64,000 bases of DNA from Eledone cirrhosa (taxonomy: Eukaryota), in assembly GCA_964016885.1 (NCBI GenBank), contig OZ024743.1, positions 333,312,001-333,376,000 on the forward strand, in the 5' to 3' direction. A program made the translations under genes and the position numbers. The notes below the pieces were generated by a model. The model did no database searches, was not told the DNA's origin, and worked only from the letters and a program-made list of their open reading frames with translations. This document shows, piece by piece, positions 24,001-33,451 of the stretch; the stretch's first letter is position 1; each line of letters begins with the position of its first letter.

Positions 24001-26794
24001 TCTAGGTATTTAGTGTCCTAGGTCAGCATCTGGGTATTTAGTGTCCTAGGTCAGCGTCTAGGTATTTAGTGTCCTAGGTCAGCGTCTAGGTATTTAGTGT
24101 CCTAGGTCAGCGTCTGAGTATTTAGTGTCCTAGGTCAGCGTCTGGGTATTTAGTGTCCTAGGTCAGCATCTGGGTATTTAGTGTCCTAGGTCAGCATCTG
24201 GGTATTTAGTGTCCTAGGTCAGCATCTGGGTATTTAGTGTCCTAGGTCAGCATCTGGGTATTTAGTGTCCTAGGTCAGCATCTAGGTATTTAGTGTCCTA
24301 GGTCAGCATCTGGGTATTTAGTGTCCTAGGTCAGCGTCTAGGTATTTAGTGTCCTAGGTCAGCGTCTGAGTATTTAGTGTCCTAGGTCAGCGTCTGGGTA
24401 TTTAGTGTCCCAGGTCAGCGTCTGGGTATTTAGTGTCCTAGGTCAGCGTCTGGGTATTTAGTGTCCTAGATCAGCATCTGGGTATTTAGTGTCCTAGGTC
24501 AGCATCTAGGTATTTAGTGTCCTAGGTCAGCATCCAGGTATTTAGTGTCCTAGGTCAGCATCTGAGTATTTAGTGTCCTAGGTCAGCATCTGGGTATTTA
24601 GTGTCCTAAGTCAGCATCTAGGTATTTAGTATCCTAGGTCAGCGTCTGAGTATTTAGTGGCCTAGGTCAGCATCTAGGTATTTAGTGTCCTAGGTCAGCA
24701 TCTGAGTATTTAGTGTCCTAGGTCAGCATCTGGGTATTTAGTGTCCTGGTCAGCGTCTGGGTATTTAGTGTCCTAGGTCAGCGTCTGAGTATTTAGTGTC
24801 CTAGGTCAGCATCTGGGTTTTTAGTGTCCTAGTCAGCATCTAGGTATTTAGTGTCCTAGGTCAGCATCTAGGTATTTAGTGTCCTAGGCCAGCATCTAGG
24901 TATTTAGTGTCCTAGGTCAGCGTCTAGGTATTTAGTGTCCTAGGTCAGCGTCTGGGTTTTTGTGTCCTAGTCAGCGTCTAGGTATTTAGTGTCCTAGGTC
25001 AGCGTCTGGGTTTTTGTGTCCTAGTCAGCGTCTAGGTATTTAGTGTCCTAGGTCAGCGTCTGGGTTTTTGTGTCCTAGTCAGCGTCTAGGTATTTAGTGT
25101 CCTAGGTCAGCGTCTAGGTATTTAGTGTCCTAGGTCAGCATCTGGGTATTTAGTGTCCTAGGTCAGCGTCTAGGTATTTAGTGTCCTAGGTCAGCATCTG
25201 GGTATTTAGTGTCCTAGGTCAGCATCTGGGTATTTAGTGTCCTAGGTCAGCATCTGGGTATTTAGTGTCTTAGGTCACCGTCTAGGTATTTAGTGTCCTA
25301 GGTCAGCATCTGGGTATTTAGTGTCCTAGGTCAGCGTCTGGGTATTTAGTGTCCTTGGTCAGCATCTAGGTATTTAGTGTCCTAGGTCAGCGTCTAGGTA
25401 TTTAGTGTCCTAGGTCAGCATCTAGGTATTTAGTGTCCTAGGTCAGCATCTGGGTATTTAGTGTCCTAGGTCAGCATCTGGGTATTTAGTGTCCTAGGTC
25501 AGCATCTGGGTATTTAGTGTCCTAGGTCAGCGTCTGAGTATTTAGTGTCCTAAGTCAGCGTCTGGATATTTAGTGTCCTAGGTCAGCATCTAGGTATTTA
25601 GTGTCTTAGGTCACCGTCTAGGTATTTAGTGTCCTAGGTCAGCATCTGGGTATTTAGTGTCCTAGGTCAGCGTCTGGGTATTTAGTGTCCTTGGTCAGCA
25701 TCTAGGTATTTAGTGTCCTAGGTCAGCATCTGAGTATTTAGTGTCCTAGGTCAGCGTCTAGGTATTTAGTGTCCTAGGTCAGCATCTGGGTATTTAGTGT
25801 CCTAGGTCAGCGTCTAGGTATTTAGTGTCCTAGGTCAGCATCTAGGTATTTAGTGTCCTAGGTCAGCATCTGGGTATTTAGTGTCCTAGGTCAGCGTCTG
25901 GGTATTTAGTGTCCTTGGTCAGCATCTAGGTATTTAGTGTCCTAGGTCAGCATCTGAGTATTTAGTGTCCTAGGTCAGCATCTGGGTATTTAATGTCCTA
26001 AGTCAGCGTCTGGATATTTAGTGTCCTAGGTCAGCGTCTAGGTATTTAGTGTCTTAGGTCACCGTCTAGGTATTTAGTGTCCTAGGTCAGCGTCTGGGTA
26101 TTTAGTGTCCTAGGTCAGCATCTAGGTATTTAGTGTCCTAGGTCAGCATCTGGGTATTTAGTGTCCTAGGTCAGCATCTGGGTATTTAGTGTCCTAGGTC
26201 AGCGTCTGAGTATTTAGTGTCCTAAGTCAGCATCTAGGTATTTAGTGTCCTAAGTCAGCATCTAGGTATTTAGTGTCCTAGGTCAGCATCTGGGTATTTA
26301 GTGTCCTAGGTCAGCGTCTGAGTATTTAGTGTCCTAGGTCAGCATCTAGGTATTTAGTGTCCTAAGTCAGCATCTAGGTATTTAGTGTCCTAGGTCAGCA
26401 TCTGGGTATTTAGTGTCCTAGGTCAGCATCTGGGTATTTAGTGTCCTAGGTCAGCGTCTGAGTATTTAGTGTCCTAAGTCAGCATCTAGGTATTTAGTGT
26501 CCTAAGTCAGTGTCTGGGTATTTAGTGTCCTAGGTCAGCGTCTAGGTATTTAGTGTCCTTGGTCAGCGTCTAGGTATTTAGTGTCCTAGGCCAGCATCTG
26601 GGTATTTAGTGTCCTAGGTCAGTGTCTGGGTTTTTGTGTCCTAGGTCAGCGTCTAGGTATTTAGTGTCCTAGGTCAGCGTGTAGGTATTTAGTGTCCTAG
26701 GCCAGCATCTGGGTATTTAGTGTCCTAGGTCAATGTCTGGGTATTTAGTGTCCTAGGTCAGTGTCTGGGTTTTTGTGTCCTCGGTCAGTGTCTG
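1..26794. repeat. 28-bp tandem satellite, consensus GTATTTAGTGTCCTAGGTCAGC(A/G)TCT(G/A)(G/A), about 950 units, continues beyond the left edge
   Basis: Direct reading shows a continuous 28-nt period, all head-to-tail, with occasional 27-nt deletion variants (CCTGG, CCTAGTC). The array ends at ...GGTCAGTGTCTG near 26794, where unique sequence begins. Confidence 0.99.
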
Positions 26795-27093
26795 CAATGT
26801 CAACCCCTCCCAAATAAAATAATTTCAACTTACAGTTTGGTATGCTGACAAATCTAGTTTTTGAAAGTCCATGCTCTGACCACATTAAGAAAATTACTAA
26901 GCCTGCATTTTCTACTATACAGTCCACACTCACCCACATAAAACTACGTGACAAAGTTTATAACATCATATGACCCACTCTACCACGTTGGATAGCTCCA
27001 CAGTGCACACTGCAAAGTTGTTTAGTGATTGCAGGAAATTATTATATATTTAAGTTAATTTATACAAATTTTAACAAAAATGTGATCCTTTAA

Positions 27094-27298
27094 CCCTTTA
27101 GCATTTACATTACATTAAATTTACTATTATATTTTCACGGTTAAGGCTTTGCTTCAATTATTTCACATAATATCAAATCTAAGATTTTGATACTATTTAT
27201 TTAGAGAACAATACCTTAAAATCAGTATGAGCAGCCAGTTACAACAGAAAGAGATGAGAGAATTTTGGCCAGATACGGCCGGTTTAAATGCTAAAGGG
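27094..27298. mobile_element. piggyBac-type MITE, copy 1 (205 bp)
   Basis: 14-bp terminal inverted repeats CCCTTTAGCATTTA / TAAATGCTAAAGGG, flanked by TTAA at 27090-27093 and 27299-27302. No ORF. A homologous copy lies at 28112-28330. CCC..GGG termini with a TTAA target duplication are the piggyBac superfamily signature. Confidence 0.9.
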
Positions 27299-27486
27299 TT
27301 AAGATGCAGTAATGCACACTAGGTAGCTGCCTAGTTGGCTTTAATCGTGGCACCAGATTTAGTTCTATGTTATTGTTAGAGACAATGTAGTCTATTATTG
27401 TTATGCGAGATAATCAATAGAATCACCTTAAAAAAACAAACACAGCAAATTATACTGTGTTTATTTAATAAATTAGGAACAAATCC

Positions 27487-27631
27487 TCTGATTACTGAAG
27501 GTTGAAGCTGATGCGTTACTGCACCAGCTCCTGCAATTCTTGCACTTAATTCAACCTTCTGCCTTAGCCTTACATCTCTCATGAACACAGCCTGAGATAC
27601 TTGAACTTCTCCACCTGCTTCAGTGTAACTC
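27487..27631 (-). mobile_element. Inverted fragment of an RTE-clade LINE reverse transcriptase (frameshifted, decayed)
   Basis: Manual minus-strand translation gives VTLKQVEKFKYL(fs)AVFMRDVRL..ELSARIAGAGAVTHQLQPSVIR. This matches the 'QVEEFKYLG..F...G.....I..RI..A..V...L..SV' segment after the RT core of RTE/Expander-like LINEs, recognised from memory. Confidence 0.8.
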
Positions 27632-27637
27632 AACTTT

Positions 27638-27960
27638 GGAGTAATATTACTCAATAGAGTATGTAGCTCGGAGACCAGTGTCATTCCAGGTAGAGGCACT
27701 ACTTTTCTGAATTGAAAGATCACAGCTCCGATATTAGAGGCATGTGGTTAGAATGTCAGGAAAGAATCACTAGACAGATTTTACATGCAAAACCAACTGG
27801 CAAGAAACCCAGGGGTACACCCCAAGCAAGATAGTTGGATAACACAAATAACCTTGGCTGGTCTTGCTTGGGGATCCAGCCAGATAAATTGGAAATGGTT
27901 GCTTCTGATAGGACCCAATTAAAGGTGTGCTGGAGGACTTCTGCCCCCCCCCCCCCCAAG
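27638..27960 (+). mobile_element. 3'-terminal ORF fragment of an RTE-clade (Expander/Rex3-like) LINE, with stops and frameshifts
   Basis: Manual plus-strand translation across frameshifts gives GVILLNRVCSSET..QVEALLF*IERSQLRY*RHVVRM..ERITRQILHAKPTGKKPRGTPQAR*LDNTNNLGWSCLGIQPDKLEMVASDRTQ. This matches the RTE C-terminal motif 'IERSQLRW.GH..RM...R....G.RPRGRPR.RW.D'. Confidence 0.88.
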
Positions 27961-28005
27961 GGTTGGATGAGACCTTTTGAGGCAGTATTCTATAGCTGGA
28001 TGCCA
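27960..28005 (-). mobile_element. Short internal fragment of the (GAT)n-tailed retroposon family
   Basis: The reverse complement GGCATCCAGCTATAGAA...TCCAACCC resembles GGCATCCAGCCGTAGAA...TCTAACCC of the element at 32785-32942. Confidence 0.6.
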
Positions 28006-28111
28006 TTTAATTATCGGTCAACAAAGTCACGGCTGACAAAAACAACAACCATCAGTTTCTTCACTTCTTTATTGTAATTTATCCCTGAAATGTTATCAAG
28101 CATCCTTTTAA

Positions 28112-28330
28112 CCCTTTAGCATTTACATTACTCTATATTTACTATTGTATTTTTGCAGTAAAGGCTTTATTTCACATAATTATCTCACATAATATCAAAT
28201 CTACAAGATTTTGATATTATTTATTTTGAGAACAATATCTTAACAAGTATGAGCAGTTAGTTATGGCCAGTTTAAACAGAAAGAGGTGAGAGAATTTTGG
28301 CCAGATACGGCTGGTTTAAATGCTAAAGGG
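28112..28330. mobile_element. piggyBac-type MITE, copy 2 (219 bp)
   Basis: Same 14-bp TIRs, with TTAA at 28108-28111 and 28331-28334. Colinear with copy 1 and in the same orientation, with several substitutions and indels. Contains an internal inverted repeat ATATCAAATCT..AGATTTTGATAT. Confidence 0.9.
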
Positions 28331-28540
28331 TTAAATTAAAGATGTAACCATCATGATGTCTTGCTTTCATGACTTGAAAATATATCTACAGGACATTTTT
28401 TTTTTCAAAACTGCAATGGCTAAATATTTTGTATTGTTAAACTTGGCAGAAATAAGGGAATGTAAGAATGAGGCATGGTTGCCCCACCTACCTAGGAGAA
28501 CAATATCTCCAAATATGTGCTTATCTGGACTGTAATAAAA

Positions 28541-28591
28541 CCTGTCCAACCCATATCAGCATGGACACATGGACGGGAATCAATGGTGATG
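28541..28591 (+). mobile_element. Degraded retroposon 3' tail
   Basis: TCCAACCCATATCAGCATGGACACATGGACG...ATGGTGATG resembles the tails at 32884-32942 and 33246-33292 (AACCCATGCTAGCGTGGAAG..GGACG..(GAT)n). Confidence 0.55.
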
Positions 28592-28659
28592 GAATATGTG
28601 GGGAAAATGGTAGTGTACCTAATGATGTTTCCTTACACCAACCTTACCTCCATCCTAAT

Positions 28660-31600
28660 ACTTATCATCCACCCTTTATCCTCCACCAACACTACCTCGC
28701 CCTTGTCATCCACCCTTTATCTCCCAGCAACACTACCTCGTCCTTGTCATCCACCCTTTATCCTCCACCAACACTACCTCATCCTTGTCATCCACCCTTT
28801 ATCTCCTAGCAACACTACCTCGTCCTTGTCATCCACCCTTTATCCTCCACCAACACTACCTTGTCCTTGTCATCCACCCTTTATCCTCCACCAACACTAC
28901 CTCGTCCTTGTCATCCACCCTTTATCCTCCACCAACACTACCTCGCCCTTGTCATCCACCCTTTATCCTCCATCAACACTACCTCGTCCTTGTCATCCAC
29001 CCTTTATCCTCCACCAACACTACCTCGCCCTTGTCATCCACCCTTTATCTCCCAGCAACACTACCTCGCCCTTGTCATCCACCCTTTATCCTCCACCAAC
29101 ACTACCTCGTCCTTGTCATCCACCCTTTATCCTCCACCAACACTACCTCGTCCTTGTCATCCACCCTTTATCCTCCACCAACACTACCTCGCCCTTGTCA
29201 TCCACCCTTTATCCTCCACCAACACTACCTTGTCCTTGTCATCCACCCTTTATCTCCCAGCAACACTACCTCATCCTTGTCATCCACCCTTTATCCTCCA
29301 CCAACACTGCCTCGTCCTTGTCATCCACCCTTTATCCTCCACCAACACTACCTTGTCCTTCTCATCCACCCTTTATCTCCCAGCAACACTACCTCGCCCT
29401 TGTCATCCACCCTTTATCTCCCAGCAACACTACCTCGCCCTTGTCATCCACCCTTTATCCTCCACCAACACTACCTTGTCCTTGTCATCCACCCTTTATC
29501 CTCCACCAACACTACCTCGTCCTTGTCATCCACCCTTTATCTCCCAGGAACACTACCTCGTCCTTGTCATCCACCCTTTATCCTCCACCAACACTACCTC
29601 GCCCTTGTCATCCACCCTTTATCTCCCAGCAACACTACCTCGCCCTTGCCATCCACCCTTTATCTCCCAGCAACACTACCTAGTCCTTGTCATCCACCCT
29701 TTATCTCCCAGCAACACTACCTAGTCCTTGTCATCCACCCTTTATCTCCCAGCAACACTACCTCGTCCTTGTCATCCACCCTTTATCCTCCACCAACACT
29801 ACCTCGCCCTTGTCATCCACCCTTTATCTCCCAGCAACACTACCTCGTCCTTGTCATCCACCCTTTATCCTCCACCAACACTACCTCGCCCTTGTCATCC
29901 ACCCTTTATCTCCCAGCAACACTACCTCGCCCTTGCCATCCACCCTTTATCCTCCACCAACACTACCTCGTCCTTGTCATCCACCCTTTATCTCCCAGCA
30001 ACACTACCTCGCCCTTGCCATCCACCCTTTATCCTCCACCAACACTACCTCGTCCTTGTCATCCACCCTTTATCCTCCACCAACACTACCTCGTCCTTGT
30101 CATCCACCCTTTATCCTCCACCAACACTGCCTCGTCCTTGTCATCCACCCTTTATCCTCCACCAACACTACCTCGTCCTTGTCATCCACCCTTTATCCTC
30201 CACCAACACTACCTCGTCCTTGTCATCCACCCTTTATCTCCTAGCAACACTACCTCATCCTTGCCATCCACCCTTTATCCTCCACCAACACTACCTCGTC
30301 CTTGTCATCCACCCTTTATCCTCCACCAACACTACCTCGCCCTTGTCATCCACCCTTTATCTCCCAGCAACACTACCTCGCCCTTGTCATCCACCCTTTA
30401 TCTCCCAGCAACACTACCTCGCCCTTGTCATCCACCCTTTATCCTCCAGCAACACTACCTCATCCTTGCCATCCACCCTTTATCCTCCACCAACACTACC
30501 TCGTCCTTGCCATCCACCCTTTATCCTCCACCAACACTACCTCGCCCTTGTCATCCACCCTTTATCCTCCACCAACACTACCTCGTCCTTGTCATCCACC
30601 CTTTATCCTCCACCAACACTACCTCGTCCTTGTCATCCACCCTTTATCTCCCAGCAACACTACCTCGCCCTTGCCATCCACCCTTTATCCTCCACCAACA
30701 CTACCTCGTCCTTGTCATCCACCCTTTATCCTCCACCAACACTACCTCGTCCTTGTCATCCACCCTTTATCCTCCACCAACACTACCTCGTCCTTGTCAT
30801 CCACCCTTTATCCTCCACCAACTCTACCTCGTCCTTGTCATCCACCCTTTATCTCCTAGCAACACTACCTCGCCCTTGCCATCCACCCTTTATCTTCCAC
30901 CAACACTACCTCGCCCTTGCCATCCACCCTTTATCCTCCACCAACACTACCTCGTCCTTGTCATCCACCCTTTATCCTCCACCAACACTACCTCGCCCTT
31001 GTCATCCACCCTTTATCCTCCACCAACACTACCTCGTCCTTGTCATCCACCCTTTATCTCCCAGCAACACTACCTCGCCCTTGCCATCCACCCTTTATCC
31101 TCCACCAACACTACCTCGTCCTTGCCATCCACCCTTTATCCTCCACCAACACTACCTCGTCCTTGTCATCCACCCTTTATCCTCCACCAACACTACCTCG
31201 TCCTTGTCATCCACCCTTTATCCTCCACCAACACTACCTCGTCCTTGTCATCCACCCTTTATCTCCCAGCAACACTACCTCGCCCTTGTCATTCACCCTT
31301 TATCCTCCACCAACACTACCTCGTCCTTGTCATCCACCCTTTATCCTCCACCAACACTACCTCGTCCTTGCCATCCACCCTTTATCCTCCACCAATACTA
31401 CCTCGTCCTTGTCATCCACCCTTTATCCTCCACCAACACTACCTCGTCCTTGTCATCCACCCTTTATCCTCCACCAACACTACCTCGTCCTTGTCATCCA
31501 CCCTTTATCCTCCACCAACACTACCTCGTCCTTGTCATCCACCCTTTATCCTCCACCAACACTACCTCATCCTTGTCATCCACCCTTTATCCTCCACCAA

Positions 31601-32271
31601 CACTACCTCATCCTTGTCATCCACCCTTTATCCTCCACCAACACTACCTCGTCCTTGTCATCCACCCTTTATCCTCCACCAACACTACCTAGTCCTTGTC
31701 ATCCACCCTTTATCTCCCAGCAACACTACCTAGTCCTTGTCATCCACCCTTTATCTCCCAGCAACACTACCTAGTCCTTGTCATCCACCCTTTATCTCCC
31801 AGCAACACTACCTAGTCCTTGTCATCCACCCTTTATCTCCCAGCAACACTACCTCGTCCTTGTCATCCACCCTTTATCTCCCAGCAACACTACCTCGTCC
31901 TTGCCATCCACCCTTTATCTCCCAGCAACACTACCTAGTCCTTGTCATCCACCCTTTATCTCCCAGCCACACTACCTCGTCCTTGTCATCCACCCTTTAT
32001 CTCCCAGCAACACTACCTCGTCCTTGCCATCCACCCTTTATCTCCCAGCAACACTACCTCGTCCTTGTCATCCACCCTTTATCTCCCAGCAACACTACCT
32101 CGTCCTTGTCATCCACCCTTTCTCTCCCAGCAACACTACCTAGTTCTTGTCATCCACCCTTTATCTCACAGCAACACTACCTCGTCCTTGTCATCCACCC
32201 TTTATCTCCCAGCAACACTACCTCGTCCTTGTCATCCACCCTTTATCCTCCAGCAACACTACCTCGTCCTT
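28660..32271. repeat. 41-bp C-rich minisatellite, consensus CTTGTCATCCACCCTTTATC(CTCCACC/TCCCAGC)AACACTACCTCG(T/C)C, about 88 units, complete within the window
   Basis: Direct reading shows a 41-nt period with both boundaries visible and two interspersed unit subtypes. Confidence 0.99.
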
Positions 32272-32686
32272 CCTATCACCAACCACTTTACACCATGCAC
32301 TGATTGCATTTATCATGCAGATCACCAACACTAGGCAGGCTGTCATGTCTTCCCAACCCTTTGTTTGGCAATCATAAAAGAGTTAAACTGAACATGACTA
32401 TCAATGTCAATTAAAAAAGAACAAAAAATAGCAAAAATACCTAAAAAAAAAATGATACAAAACAAAAAGCAACAACATAACAGCAATTGGAAGAGTCAAC
32501 ACTAGAATATGAGCGGAATACAGAGATCAAAGGTTCTGAGCTGAACAGATTAAATATGAAGAGTGAATCAAAAGGAAGATAAACAGAGATCAATAAAAGC
32601 TATTAGAGAAGTGTTATAACATTAAACAGTAGGTAAATGATAAGAACATTCACTGGACAATGAAAACATCAGACTTCTTCTGTTTT

Positions 32687-32691
32687 CTCTC

Positions 32692-32745
<54 letters not shown>

Positions 32746-32784
32746 GAAAGAGAGAGAGAGATTATATATATATATATATATATA
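32687..32784. repeat. Compound microsatellite (CT)n-(TA)n-(AG)n-(TA)n
   Basis: Directly visible dinucleotide runs. Confidence 0.95.
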
Positions 32785-32942
32785 AATGTGGTTGGTGTTA
32801 GGAAGGGCATCCAGCCGTAGAAAACCTACTAGATACAATCCTATACAAGGGAGACACGGTCACCTGATCAATCTGGCCTCAAGTCTAACCCATGCTAGCG
32901 TGGAAGATAGACGTCAAACAAGATAATGATGATGATGATGAT
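32785..32942 (+). mobile_element. 5'-truncated SINE/LINE 3' portion with (GAT)n tail and a long target-site duplication
   Basis: GTTGGTGTTAGGAAGGGCATCCAGCCGTAGAAAACC...AACCCATGCTAGCGTGGAAG...(GAT)n. It is flanked by the direct repeat ATAGAA(AG)nATTATATATATAT starting at 32743 and 32949, and its tail is shared with 33246-33292. Confidence 0.8.
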
Positions 32943-33245
32943 ATATACATAGAAAGAGAGAGAGATTATATATATATGTGAGTGTGTGTGTAAATTCAAT
33001 TTAAAAGATATATGTATATATATATAGAGAGAAAGAGACACAGTATTTTGTACATATATATATAATTTAGGAAAAAATACATATTTTAATGTGGAAAAGT
33101 TTTTGAATTTTTGATGCTCTGGACAAACATTAAGCTTTTCTACCGAGAAACAAACATCATATATATTATATATGTTATGATACCTTAACTTAGTATATAC
33201 ACAAACACTTAACATACACACACACAGATTATAATCATTGGTTTA

Positions 33246-33292
33246 ACCCATGCTAGCGTGGAAGAACGGACGTAAAACGGTGATGATGATGA
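33246..33292 (+). mobile_element. 47-bp extremely 5'-truncated retroposon tail with a perfect 10-bp TSD
   Basis: ACCCATGCTAGCGTGGAAGAACGGACGTAAAACGGTGATGATGATGA lies between two copies of CATTGGTTTA (33236-33245 and 33293-33302). Confidence 0.85.
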
Positions 33293-33451
33293 CATTGGTT
33301 TATGAAGCTAGTCAAAGAGAATTGGTACAGCTCTGGCCTCACCATCACTCAATGATATAAGGTTTGTATGTTAGAAACACAAACTCAGAGTGCACACATA
33401 CATTACTCAGTAATATAACATATGGGGAATGATATTTGTATAACATATAAA

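Noticed and set aside
1-26794. CRISPR-like 28-bp repeats
   Set aside because: The units are directly adjacent with no unique spacers, there are no cas genes, and the context is eukaryotic. The same applies to the 41- and 53-bp arrays.
1-26794. Telomeric or telomere-derived repeat (TTAG/TAGG words)
   Set aside because: There are no tandem TTAGGG or TTAGG runs. The resemblance is limited to 4-mers within a 28-bp unit.
26828-27012. Possible minus-strand exon (TTTGCAG acceptor at 27010, GTAAGT donor at 26833, GTGAGT near 26933)
   Set aside because: All three frames from the acceptor hit stops within about 17 codons and no recognisable protein results. Splice-like motifs alone are insufficient.
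27318-27335. 18-bp near-palindrome ACTAGGTAGCTGCCTAGT sharing CTAGGT with the 28-mer
   Set aside because: It is a single short occurrence with one mismatch and no supporting context, compatible with chance.
27376-27723. 115-aa minus-strand ORF that looks protein-like
   Set aside because: It is a chimera of antisense LINE sequence, a short in-frame piece of the inverted RTE fragment and AT-rich flank. It is not a host gene.
28468-32377. Long ORFs up to 982 aa (Pro/His/Ser/Thr-rich, extensin- or mucin-like)
   Set aside because: They occur in all three frames with the same peptide because the 41-bp unit lacks stops and is not a multiple of 3. There is no frame preference or domain content, so they are not called as CDS.
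32622-33221. Minus-strand ORFs of 62 and 108 aa
   Set aside because: They are low-complexity translations of microsatellites and AT-rich DNA (YIYI, RERE, IIII).
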